From: Yuukianura sp. NJ FZ-2021
Taxonomy: Eukaryota
NCBI GenBank assembly: GCA_046563655.1
Contig: CM102286.1
Span: 4,030,001-4,094,000, forward strand
Reading direction: 5' to 3'
Length of the DNA: 64,000 bases
Below, piece after piece: positions 26,701 to 39,270 of this stretch (the first letter of the stretch is position 1; each line of letters opens with the position of its first letter). The notes under the pieces were generated by a model that did not search any database, was not told where the DNA came from, and saw only the letters and a list, made by a program, of their open reading frames with translations. A program made the translations under genes and the position numbers.

Positions 26701-28125
26701 ATGCTTGGGAAAAAATCGTTCAAAATCATCAACGCTTTGATTCGCGTCGGAAATATTTTGAAGTTGACAACATTCCGATGGGATTCGACAGAGTACATGC
26801 TGACGACAGAAGATCCTGTGACCGATATATTTGGATTGGTCAAGATCAAGCGCCTAGGATTCAAACTAGTCAACTTGTTGACCTTAGTCGCAATGACCTT
26901 TGGAATATTTCGTACAATCAAGGCACACGTTGTCTACGGAATGTCATTTCAGGATGTTATGTTCCAAGTTTTTATTTCCAGTGTTTATTCTCTGGGGTGC
27001 ATTGTATCTCTCTGTAATATGCTAAAACTTGACGCACTTGCAAATTTTTACAGCCTATTCATCAGATACGAAAAGAAACTCACAGGTTAGACGCTTAGCG
27101 GCAATCTTAACTTCCATTTATGTTAAAACGAACTTTGTACTTTTTAAAACCTGGGTAACTTTCCAAGGAGACTTTTGTGCCGTTCCATTCTAGCATTGCT
27201 CAATATATCTAAATTTCAGATTTGCATCAAATCCGACCAGTACGGGACAGAGCCCTTCCACTGATGATCTTCTTTCTGTTTCTGGCGTTATGCGAACTTC
27301 CGGCTCTTATGATTTTGTATTCTGCAAATTTTAACAAACCTGTATATTTGGGTTCCCTGCGATCCTACATCCCACGGGAGTACAAGGTCATCCGAATCTT
27401 AGCCTTCACTTTCTTTTTTCTAGTCGAAGCATGGGAAATGGCCGCAGTCGTTTTCAATTGTCTTCTCTATGCTTTTGTTTTTATTATTATGCTTCAATCA
27501 GGAAGATTTTGGATTGAAGAATTGAAGTAAGTCATAAAAACTGCTTCCATAATGTCAAATTGATAATAATAATAAGACATGGCAATAAATTTTTATGTCC
27601 AGGCCAACGGAAAGTTCAGACGAAAAAAGAGTCACTGATGAACAGCTACGCAATCCGGCGTCAATGGAATCTTGCTACCGATGTTGGCAACTGATTTTCG
27701 TTATGGTCAATCACGTGCCGGATATTGCACTTTGCGGGCAGCACTTTTTGGTGGCACTGCTGCTAATACTTTGTGCTTTTTCTACAATTGAATTCTGGGG
27801 AATGCATAACCTTGAATCCATTCCAGCCTTTATTTCATACGGCATTTTTCCCGGTGGTACGGCGATATTTTTTATTTGGATTTTGATGATACAACCGCAG
27901 GCAGCCGACATTCAAAATGCAACGCAGGAGCTAAAAATTCATTGGCGGAGGCATTTGCGCTTGAATCGAATAGCGGAAGGCAGAGGGTCAAAAGAAAATT
28001 TTATTTTGTCATGTCGTGACATTTTGGTGTATATTGGTCCGTTCTTTAGTTACAAAACGTCAACAATGCCACAAGTACAGGATGAATGTGTCGACAAAAC
28101 AATCACGCTTCTTTTGGGCTTGTAA
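26701..28125 (+). CDS. Divergent chemoreceptor-like multipass protein (GR/OR superfamily), 404 aa
   Basis: Exons 26701-27085, 27220-27526, 27603-28125 (1215 nt; intron phases 1 and 2, as in the 23073 gene). About 7 hydrophobic segments; C-terminus SCRDILVYIGPFFSYKTSTMPQVQDECVDKTITLLLGL. Confidence 0.75.
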
Positions 28126-31100
28126 AGGTACCACATTCCAACAATTTGTTCTTTATAAAATTTTGCGCACAACTTTATTGTTACTTGTGCCTAATTCGTG
28201 CATTTATCGTTTGCAATTTTGGATTCAGCAAATTGTTAACTAGAAATAAATAGTTTTGCTTCGGTAGTGTCCTAAAAGTGGCAAAATGTTCTTGAATTTT
28301 CATAACTACATCGTCGTGTCGTTTTGTTTTCTCGTTTGTTACGGCATTAGACATTTTGTCGTCTGACATCCAACTGTCTCTTCCATTACACATTATAGCA
28401 AAACGTTGTTGGTTTAGATTTAGCAGCATAGGATTTTACGGTAATGGAGTCGCATTTCCTCGTTTACTCGTTTCCGTTTAGATGCATTTTCTCCACAGGG
28501 GAATCGTATAAAAAAAGCAAAGCACAAAAATTTATGAAAATTATACAGGTCCCATGAACACTGAACGAGAAAACATTATATTGTTACCACAACTGGAACA
28601 TTCTTGCGTCTTTGATCTTACTTGACATGAGTATAGAAGTGGTATACAGCCGTGAATATTTTGAAAAAAATTGAGCACAACTTACCATGCAAAAATCGTG
28701 ACCAACTACTACATACTTCAACGAGAAAACAAAAGGCTGAGAAAAATCAGGAATTGGGATTCAAAACAGGAGTGTGGAAATCCTGGTATTCGTGAACTTC
28801 TTTCAGGTAACTGATACGTAAGGCGCCTAACATCAAAGAGGAGCGGAGGCTGAGCTGGAGCGAAGTGACAGGAATACGAATTCGTTTTTCATGTTTCGCT
28901 ATTTTGAAAAAAAAAAGAGAAGCCTAGTTTCATAGGGAACATAACAAGCGGATTTATAGTTACTTGGGAAGCGGAGAAAGCAGAAGGGCTTTTCAAGAAG
29001 ATTTCAGTTTTCATTCTAAAACTTCCACTTGTGTATTATGTTTTATTATGGTAAATTTTCAAGACTTCCCACTGCTTTCGATCCAGAGAATTTTGATAAC
29101 AACAGCTATTAGCATTCCAGCTAAACACGCTGCTAGCTCGAAAGCAGCGCTTATTTCAAAGGAAGTTGAGCTATTAAAGCTCCACTCCATTCTAGAAGTT
29201 GGTTGGTGCAGAAAAGGTAGTTTGGTAAAGTAAGTTTTAATGTAAAAGATAAACCGAGAATACCGTAAAGTTCATGCCATTTTGAAGTGACATGGTGTAA
29301 ATTTCGTAACATACTTATGTCACCCTACTTACTATTAAATTTACGTTTTGAATTTATTTACAAAAGCTTTTAATAAATACCTGCCTGGAACAACTGCTGG
29401 ATAACGTGGTTTCAGCTTAGAAAAGTTACGAGGTTCAGGAGAAAGCTCAAAATTTTCACATTCTTCATGAACATTTTCAACACACGCGATTTGGAAATGA
29501 AAATTTTTCAAAGCAGAAACAAAATGTAGTTAAATTATTCCAAATATTTTAGTGAAATTTGATTCTTTTGTAAAAAATATTTTCGACGCACTTCAAAAAC
29601 AACTCTTGAAAATGTGCGATTTCCGTGAATACTCAACAAAAAAGAAATTCTCCATGATGTAGTGGATGTGACACTATGAGTGAAACGGAAACTAAAACTT
29701 TCTCCATAATGTGTTACACGCTTAACATAGAAATTGTCGTTTTTATGAAACCGGAAATTTCAAAAAACTCAAAAAAAGTCCCGTTTTCAGGGACTGCTTC
29801 CGCGTTGGAATTCTTTGTCATTTTTCAATTTAATTGGAAATATTTTCTCTGTCAAAGAAAGTGTCTCCCGCAGTTCATTTTTTTTTGCAACTCAAACCCA
29901 AACACCCACTTCTTTTAGAAAAGAAAAATTAGCCGAAAGTGTGCGTATCACAAGAAGATAGGTTCACTCGTTTGACTTATTTCCAAGTCAAATTGTTACT
30001 TTTACTTTTAAAATAGTCTTAGTACACGCGTATTATTCTTTCTAAGGCTCCGCTTTCTAGTGAAAAGAAAGTCGTTTCTCCAAGAAGACAGGATCAAGAT
30101 TTATGCAAAATCCAAAAAAAAGAAGCCTATTTCTTCTGAACTTTTCCCTTGTTCTCGTTAGCTCTTTTTTGATTTTTAAGCAGCTTTTTGGTTGGCATTC
30201 TTTCTTTTCTCATGGGAACTCCAACGGCCTGGTTAACTACTGTCATCGCCAGTTCAAATGGAATCTTCACTAGAACAGTAAACGCCTCGTACACTTTTGT
30301 TTTTGTAAAAATGTTGCCAGAACAGCAGAAACCAGTTAGTTCCAAGCTAATGAAGAAAATGAGTTCTTGTAACTACGGCTATTGTTCATGTTGTCACGGA
30401 GTATCCATCAGATGCAGAAATTTCTGGAAGAGACGCAAACACGAAGCATAGGAAGTTGTCTTCGCTTCAGGAAATGTCTAATGGAAAAGAATGGGTTCTT
30501 CTCCTGTTTTACTCTAAATTTGTATGAAAACGTGCAGAAATGACAAAAGTTTTGAGAAAAAGTTAACCACGAAATACTTGGAAGTTAGAGTTAGGAAGAA
30601 GTTTTTAAGTAAAAATAGGAAAGGAGAAAGTTTTCGGGAGAAAGAAAATAATTGAAGGAAATCAGAGATGAGGAGTAGGAAGGGAATCAGAAATTGTGAT
30701 ACAGTGGTAATGCTAGAGAAAGTTTCTTTGGAGATTAAGTTAGGCTTTCCTGGAGAAGTCCAACCTCAGTAATCATTTAAGTAGGGAAGAGGCTGCAAGG
30801 AAGATCAAGGAAAAAGATGATTTTTAAAAATGGGAAGTTTCTAGAGATGAAGATTGAAGTAAAGAAAAACGCGGGAAGATTTCTGTCAAATCACATCCCT
30901 CTCCCTTCCTTTTAGTATATACTTCTTCCTTTTCCTATGAATATTGTATATGGCGGAAGAAATGAATTTTTTTGATAGCTGAACCGAGTAAACCAGTGTG
31001 AGAGATTGCAATCCTGTTTTATAGCAAAAGATCTTCTCTCAGAATCTCGAGATGTTTCGGCTACTAAAAATCCTTTGCTTTCTATCTTCCATCTGATTTT

Positions 31101-33297
31101 ATTTTTTCTTTGCTTTTCTTCATTCCTTTTCCCCCTCTTCCGCATTTTTTTGTCCGAATTCGGAAAAGCGTAGCTTGTCGCTTAAGATTTTCTGTCAAGA
31201 AGAAGGATTAAGATGAAACTAGATTTCCTTTCTCCCCTCCCTCTCACTTTCATTACCCCATTTATAGTTTCCGTGCCTGATCCATATCTTCTTATTGCAA
31301 AAAACTCTTGAAAAATACTGGCGGACTTTCACCATAGAATTGTCGACGGTTTCATTTTCAAAGAAAAACTTCATTTTTAGACTACTTTTGCAAAGACTTC
31401 ATTTTTTAAGCTGAGACGTGCTCACCCACTTTTCTAAATGCACATTTGCAAAATTCACTACTCCATTTTTTACTTTTTATGTTATGATCCAATTGTGCCA
31501 AATTGGATTTTTTGCACTTTAACAAAGTAATTGTGTTTTTCTATAATTGCAACACAGAAAGTAAATTACGTCTTGCTTAATATTGCTATTACGACTGGGT
31601 TTATGGCAAAAAGGAGACGGACTAAAATATTAAATTTTTGGCAGATTTGCGAATATAGAATTCAAAATTGTATTGGTCTTGATTAGTATGAAAATCTTGA
31701 AAGGCTGAAAACGATTTTCGGCTTGTTTTGAAAACGAAACTAAAAGTCAACGAACTGAGACTGCAACTGGAGCTTTGAACTTGTGTAGCTTTGTGACTTG
31801 AGGAATGAAATCAAGTGAAAACGGATTTTCTTAACGTGAAGAAATGAGGCACAACGCCAGATATCCAGTTTCTCCCAGAGGAAAAGGAAAAAAAAAGAAA
31901 GCACTTTGGTGGAGAAAAGTCTTAAAGTGAGGATAGGGTTCATTTTGTTTCATTGTTCAGCCGAGAAGCAGATGCCCGAGTCCTTTGCACAAACCAAGTT
32001 AAAGGCCAAAGACGTCCGGTCTTACCCAAGCCAATCTCGAGTTCCTGGAAGGCTACTTACTGGCAGTACTGCTACTGTTTGGCCCACTTTAATCCACTTG
32101 GCTCCCTGTAAAGAAACTTTGCTTTCCTCCAGTGAAAGGACCGAGAAAGCAAGGAAGTGGTAATTTTTCTCCATGTCACTTTCCTTCACTTCCAGTTCCT
32201 TCCTAAAACTCCCATCTTCCTGAATCATTCGACTTCAATTGTACGGTGTGTGTTAAAGGGAGAGTGGAGAGATAGTGTGTCCAGAAGATACTGGTCACTG
32301 GAGACAACATAACTTGATTCCAAATGAAGTTATTGCCCATTAACTCAACTTAATAGATCCCAATCCGCGAAGTATCTTTTTCCTAAAAACGCTCGTTTTT
32401 CTTCATAAACATCCAAAACCATTAACATGCATCTTTGTTTCCTTTTTTTTACATTTTCACATGCAAAACTTTCAATAAAGCTTTCTACACGGTAGAAGGA
32501 AGAAACATTTTGGCTTTCTTTGGTTCTGAGTTTTGCTTTCTCCAAGGTTTTTGAAATTTTTGTTCTGAATTATTAAATTATTGCAGTTTTTCTAAGCTTG
32601 TTCTGAAAACCTTCTACATTTGAAAGATGGCGCTCTTCAAACTACCTTAGAGCTTATGATAACTAGTGAAAGTAGGCCATTACTATTTCGAGTACTGCGG
32701 AAGATCCAGGCACGACCAAACCGAGCTTGGCGCCGAAAGGAGATACTTTGGAAACAGAAGTGTCGTGTCAGTAGAAAAGTTATGCTGGTTTCTGCTGCTA
32801 AGCTCAGGAGAACAGTAGGAGACAACATAATTAGAATTTTGATGAAGTGGTAGTTGCCTGATTAATGAGAAACTAGGAAACTAGTTAATCAAGATACACC
32901 ACTTCACTACGTTTGCTTTTCATATTTTACATTAAAGTTTCAGAATGAGTGTTCTCAGTGATACAGTTTCTGTTAATTTTGGGCGAGAACCGAGTGAATG
33001 TTTGCAGATTTTGAATAAATTATGAGATGTGGTAAGAAGATTCTTCCCTGATGACAATAGTAAACCACTTCTGTCAAGAATTGAATGCAGGAGACTTTCG
33101 GACTTTTAATTCTTAGAAAATGGCGGAGAATGAGTAAGTTAAGTTTAAAAAGTTTGTAAAGCACACTACGATAGGAAAAGAAATTGAGTCCAAGAGGCAA
33201 AATTCAAATTTTAATCAACTTCTGGTTTTTTTTTAATTTTTTTTAATTTTATTTAATATTTCAGTATATATCAAATTTATTGTCAGTTCCATGGGTA

Positions 33298-36200
33298 TTA
33301 GAAAATGAATTCAGGGTTAACCCCTGTAAGGACACTTGAAATGACTTGCAGCAGAATAATTCCAATAAGTCCTAAAATACAAAATGAAAAACTGCTTTAA
33401 AATTTTAGTTTTTATCATGCATGCTTTGAAGGTTTTAATAATTTTGTATCTGGTGAATTACGAATTTTTGCAGCAGCAGTTTTGAGATGTGACGAGTTTT
33501 TACCAAGTCTTCGCTCATGCCGGTGCGTCACATTGTTGCAAAAACTGAACATGGCCAGGAAACCCGTAGAGTCAAAAACCGAATTTGACCTAAAGGTCAC
33601 GCGAAAAAACTTTCCAGAGGATTGAATTTGAAAAGATTTCAAATTTCCGCATGTCCTTTGGTAATTGGAGTCTGCCCGCATGTAATTTGAAAATTCGACA
33701 TAATCCGATGCCGTTGTCTCGTCACAACTATACGAACCGGAATCAAAAATGAACCAACATTCAACATTTAATATTTCAGCTAAGCATAAACTGCAGGTTT
33801 TCAAAAAAACTTTCTCCAGCCACAACTCCAATTTCAAAAAAATTCAAAAACAAAACAGAAATAATGGGGGTAATGTTGATGATGTATACTTACGGATGGG
33901 AGCCCTGGAGGTTGAATTCCTTGAACTCAATGTCTACATGTTCAGAGTCCTGTCCGTAGAAGAAGTAATGACATTCCGTATCCCTGGGATAAGGACCCGG
34001 ATGGTTTGGACTACTAAAAGTTCCGTTGGGACTTCCGCTACTGTTGAAGACAAATGCGCATGGGTAGTCCTTCAGTTGACGTCCCACTTGAACCCCAAAG
34101 TCTGAAAAAGTGGAAAATTTCATTTCGGTTGCCCTGCGGTTCCTGTCGGTTTTCACGAAATTTTGGAAATGTCATCATGTCAGGAGAGCACTTGACATGC
34201 TAAGCTACCTTGAACAAAGAAGTAGTGAGCACTAAAGCCTCGACTGCTCCGTGACGACTTTGGTGCGTTGAACTCCAGAGTTAAACGATGTCCATTTGAC
34301 ATCAGAGACAACGGGGTATTGATTCCGCAAAATTCTTCTAATTTGGCCAACTCTCCTTTGGAATGAGCAAATACCGAAAGCGTATCTTCTCCATTGCAAC
34401 TTAAAAAAAAAAATTTCAAAAAAATTAAAAAAAAAATCACTTCATTGACACGAGTTTTTACTTTGACAGACTTTCACTTTTCTCTCAAATCCTATTTATA
34501 TTTTTGAAAGGGAATTCAATTACTTCTTTTGGGTTTTGTCGGAGACGAAAAAGTTCAAATCCGTAAAGAAGATTTGGACGCGTTCTCTGCCGTGCCCAAT
34601 GAACGTGTAAGTGCATTGTGTTTTTGGTGGATACGGATGTGGATAATTGGGTGACATGAAAGTTCCGTTCCGGCCGCCGTCGCTTGTGACAACTTGAGAG
34701 CACCGTGGAACCGCTGCTAGAGTAACAAAACACTTTCATTAACACCCTCAAAGCCTCTCTAGCTTTCTCCGAAAAGTTCCAAATTGATTTTCCCGCCGGA
34801 ACTGAAACTCTTACTCAAAGTGGATGCTTGTGTGAGCCCATCTTGCTGCCCACTGTTCGGGATGAGTGAATCTAGAGTGAAAGGAAAACAAGCGGAGTAG
34901 CAAATAATCAACCCTCCAGATTATAATCATTAGTCTCTATAAAAGTCTTCATGGGAACATTAGTAGCCTAGGAACCTAGCATAATCTAAAAGTATACATA
35001 ATGTAGCAAATGAGGCCAGAGGAAACACAATAACTTAATGGGCTAGTGAAAACTAGCGGGAAAATTTGAAGCCTTTAAGTACAGAAACGTAATGTTTGGA
35101 TTAAATACCAAAGATAAACTGCGGCGGTGCTGGTAGAGTGCTAGTGGGATGCTGGTTCTCTTCTTGGAAATTGTCGAATTGGATTTTGACAAAATGAAAG
35201 GACGCTTTGAAGCCCGTGTTTGGATGTTCTGAATTTGCCATGAATTCAACCAGAAGATCAGATCCAGTCGACAGAACCTGTGGTTGATGGGACACAAAGG
35301 CTTAACGTTGTACAGTAATGTGTTTCGTAAGCTTTTCACTAAAAAGAAATGGTGGAATTAAAGGCTAGTCTCAGCTCACTTCCAAGCCGCCTCGTAGGTC
35401 GTTACAGATGAGAGAGATCACAGTCGATGTCGTCGGAGATGAGCCATCCAGAACACGAATCACATCAGTCTTGTTCAAACAACTTAAACAAGAAAAATCT
35501 AGTGGAATTAGAGCATTTGGGGAAAGCATTGGAGAAAATCACGCTCGTTTGAATTTAAGTGTTCTGAATACTGTTCAAAGCACCGCCAAAAACACACTTT
35601 GAAACTAAATTTTCATGATACCTTGAATCCCAGGGTTGTAGATCAACAGTTTCAAAATTTATCTTCACTCGTTCGTGTAAACTACACAAAATGTCAAAAA
35701 ACATGAAGTGAAATGATGTTGTTGGAAAAGTTTGTTTGAGAAAGTTGAGTTTAAAATTTGAAAAAAGTTTGGAAACTTTTGCAAATTGAGTGTTGTCAGT
35801 TGGGTTTACCTGGCATGAAAAAAGTAGGAGCACTTAACGTTGTGCGGGTAGTTTGACGGGTAGTTTGGTGAGAAAAAGTGGCCATTTGAAGGAGTGTCGT
35901 TTGCATGCTGGAACTGATAGTCACATTTTGTACCAGGAACAAGTCGACCGTTAGATTCAAATTGACCTAGGTAAGAAAAATGAAGTTTTTTGAAAAAAAC
36001 TCCGTTTTTTAACAAAAAATTGTCCTAACTTACTTGGCATTAACCGAAACGTTGCTCCTAACTAATTTTCCGTGAGAATTTAACGCGAATTTTTCCTAAA
36101 ATGTAGTCAGCGATTTGTTGCATGCGTATTAGTTTGAACAATTTCTAGGCTTTACGTAAACGTAACATATTTTTGTAATGAGAATGTTTACACAAAAAAA

Positions 36201-38789
36201 ATGTTTTTTTTTATCATTTAGGAGTTTGGCAAAAAGACTTCCGCAATCCTCCGCTAACGCAAGTGTAACTTAAGTTTTTGAAATTGCACTAACCGGAGTC
36301 AACAAATTTGAATTTGCCAACGAATCCGAATGGTCTTGCGCTACTTTTCTTGTGCTGAATTTGAAACTGGTTTCCAGATGCGGAATGGAATTGGATGATG
36401 AGGTGTCGAGATGAACTAAAAAATGATTGATTCCGGGAATGCCCACAAAGTAAACTGTTCCACGGTGTCAGTTCATTCACTCCATCTTCTTCAAGGTGTA
36501 GAAAGAATTTCAAATAGTCTCCAGCTAAGCACCTTCAAAACACATCCATTTGTCACCATTAGCTCCTTACATCTTCAAATTAGTTTTTTCAAAGAGTTAC
36601 ACGAGCGGAACGCTTTTCCCTTTCAGTTCAAAATCTTCTAAGCCTAAACATAAAAAGTTGATTTCTATTTCATCCTGACATCGTTATTCAATAATAACAA
36701 AGGAAATTCCTTAAGGCCATTTTCTATTTTATGTAAAGAAAAAAGCAAAAGTAAATTGCGTACACCTCACCAGCCCCGGGCTCGTTCTCTTTACGAGCGG
36801 GGAAAGTTATGAAAGTCCCTGAGATCAAAGATGTGAGTCGAATAATGTTAGTTATATGGAAGAGAAAGAACGCGGGAAAAGTCGAAAAAAGATGAGATTC
36901 TTGGCATGTTACAATGGAGTTGGAGTCATTCCATTGCCAAGTATTTTTTTCCATTCGAAATACAATAAAAAACTCATCCTAGAAACTCGCTTTCAGTGTT
37001 TCACTTTCTCTTTCTTCCTATTCTTCCATTTTGTCCGAAAACGACACAATTCGAACAGATTTTTTTCAAAGAACAGAACAGAAATTTGTTGTAACTGCTG
37101 AGCTATTTGAAGATTTTGTTGAACAATTTAATTACTCAACCAATTTAATTGTTCCTGCTCTGATTTCCGACAATTGGAGACAGACGTCGTAAATTTAGTG
37201 CAGAGTACAATGAAAACCTGATTCATCGCACGCGCGCCTAAACTTAAACTTTCTCCTCAATTTCTTCCTGCCTTCTCCACAGACTAGACAGGTCGTTGAA
37301 ATGCACTGAACCGATCCAATTTATTCTCATTCAAAAAACAGCGTAGTAGAAGCATACAAGGATCGTGACTCAACGTCAGGAAAAGTAGGGAAGAGTAAGA
37401 AGCCTCAGCAAATTTTCAATACCGCAACCTTATTCACTTCCTTCACAAATTTAATTTTACCGGCTTTTCAATTTTGAAGTTAAAAATCAGAGCAAAATGC
37501 AAGTCAACCAACGTAAATTGCAAACACACTGAATGATTTCACAAATTCCAAAGATTTTGGTTACCGTTAAAAATCCAAATACTGTAAAGTTTATCGAAAA
37601 GAAAACTCCAAAAAATATCTTTCGTTTTTTTGACTTTGCTTTGCTGTTCGACTTTTCCGCGTCCACCAAAATTACAAAGAACAAAAGAAGATCACTCTCA
37701 CGCTCTTCCTCTCTTTTTCCAGACAAAGAACTTTGACCAGTCGATGAGATTGTATTTTGTTGCAAACTTTGGCGAACTTTGTGTACCATGTAATAAGACG
37801 ATGTAATGTCAAAACAAGAATTCGGAAAAAACGTTGTCTGTCCGGAAGGAAGGAAAGACAGGCGCTGGAATTGGAGAGAAAGTTTTCCTTTGAAAGTAGA
37901 CAAACTTTAGTTACAATATTGAACTTTGTCCATTTCCAGCCGTAGGGAGTCTGGTGTCAGAACAGGAATTTTCACTATGGTTTTTGGTATTTGGTGAAAC
38001 AGTGGGTTTTGTGCATATGGTGGATACTGGTCAATAGGATGATCGTAAAGTGTTGGCAATACTTTAAAAAGAGGGTGGACATACTTACCCTGCTGGAGTC
38101 GATGTTTGGGGGAGATTAAAATCTTCGAGTAGAACTTGAACGATGTGATCCCTTGGAGCTTGGAAGGAGTACAGAAGACACCGGATTCCGTTGGGATAGT
38201 TTCCCGGGTAGTCTGGACTACTAAACACTCCCCACTCCTTCCCAAATGTACTTTTGAAACGAATGCACTTACATCCTAAAAGAACAAAATAATTAAAATA
38301 GTTATGTACATTTAGAAGAAAGTTGGTTCAAAGTTCAACTAAGAATTTAATAACTTCAGCAGCACTTGGTTTAGCCGCTAAGACGCAACAAAATTTTTAA
38401 TTTGTTTTTGTTTATCTTTGTTTTACAAGCAGTACCACAAATAAAAAACCGTGAAACCGTAACCGCACACAAAGAAATTTTGCTTCCAGCAGTTTATTTT
38501 TAATCGTTTGCTTTCTGAGTTTGGCGCCATTTTTGAACTAACTGTCAGATACTTTGAAGTTATATCTGGCAAATGGATCAAAAAATTTAAAACTTTGAAA
38601 TAATCCTATGCAAAGTTTCAAACTTTGTTTAGTAATTTAATACTTTGATATGTTCTTTGTAAATTAGACAATAGGTAACACACAATGAAGCTTACCAGGA
38701 TTAATTGCAGATGAGAGGAACGTGAGGATGAATAATACGCCTGTCGTCCATTGAATAGAGTTGAAACTTGGAGTTGGAAAGAACATCAT
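33298..38789 (-). CDS. sol-1: Suppressor of lurcher 1-like four-CUB-domain protein (iGluR auxiliary subunit), about 646 aa
   Basis: Twelve phase-consistent exons: 38789-38696, 38275-38089, 36532-36294, 35966-35810, 35681-35622, 35482-35380, 35277-35109, 34716-34524, 34399-34209, 34101-33894, 33727-33462, 33371-33298 (1941 nt). Signal peptide, then INPGCKC..TFGKEWGVFSSPDYP..CLLYSF; four CUB domains (FSSPDYP, FFSPNYP, FMSPNYP, FSSPNHPGPYPRDTECHY); hydrophobic C-terminal tail. The last donor site is uncertain. Confidence 0.88.
34750..34938 (+). repeat. Interspersed repeat family B, copy 2 (inside a SOL-1-like intron)
   Basis: Same ordered blocks as 25254-25463; lies in intron 34717-35108. Confidence 0.8.
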
Positions 38790-39055
38790 CCCACAGTTTT
38801 TGAAACCATTTTCTAAAAAAATTCTTCACAGGTTCTGAAAAGTTGAACAAAAGTTGAGACAAGGTGTATAAGTAGTGAGACAGCACAGGAAATATCAGTC
38901 TTGTATTAATTTTCCTCTGAAATTTTGAATTTCCAAACTCATTTTCATCGTGTCTGAGAATCAGTTTGACTAAAATATACCTGACAACTACTTTAATTAA
39001 AAACTTTTTCAAAGTGTGGAGATGAAAGATGAGTTAAGAACTCGATTAGGATTTT

Positions 39056-39270
39056 TAATAGAAACGCCAATTCTCTCACACTCCATTTGTCACAGTTTCT
39101 GTGATGATGAGGGAATGGATAAACTTTGACATCAACCCTCTTCCACAGTTTCCTCAAAGGCTCCAAAAAGCCGCCCAGCAAACTTTTTATTTTAGTAGGT
39201 TCATCTTAAAATCCTTCAGTTGCCACACAAAAGGAACTCCTCTAATGCTGCCCACTCACTTTTGACTTTC
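39056..39270 (+). repeat. Interspersed repeat family A, copy 2 (just upstream of the SOL-1-like ATG)
   Basis: Same ordered blocks and orientation as 19342-19525, with indels. Confidence 0.8.

Noticed and set aside
30127..30451. Overlapping short ORFs on both strands
   Set aside because: No family similarity and no consistent splice partners.
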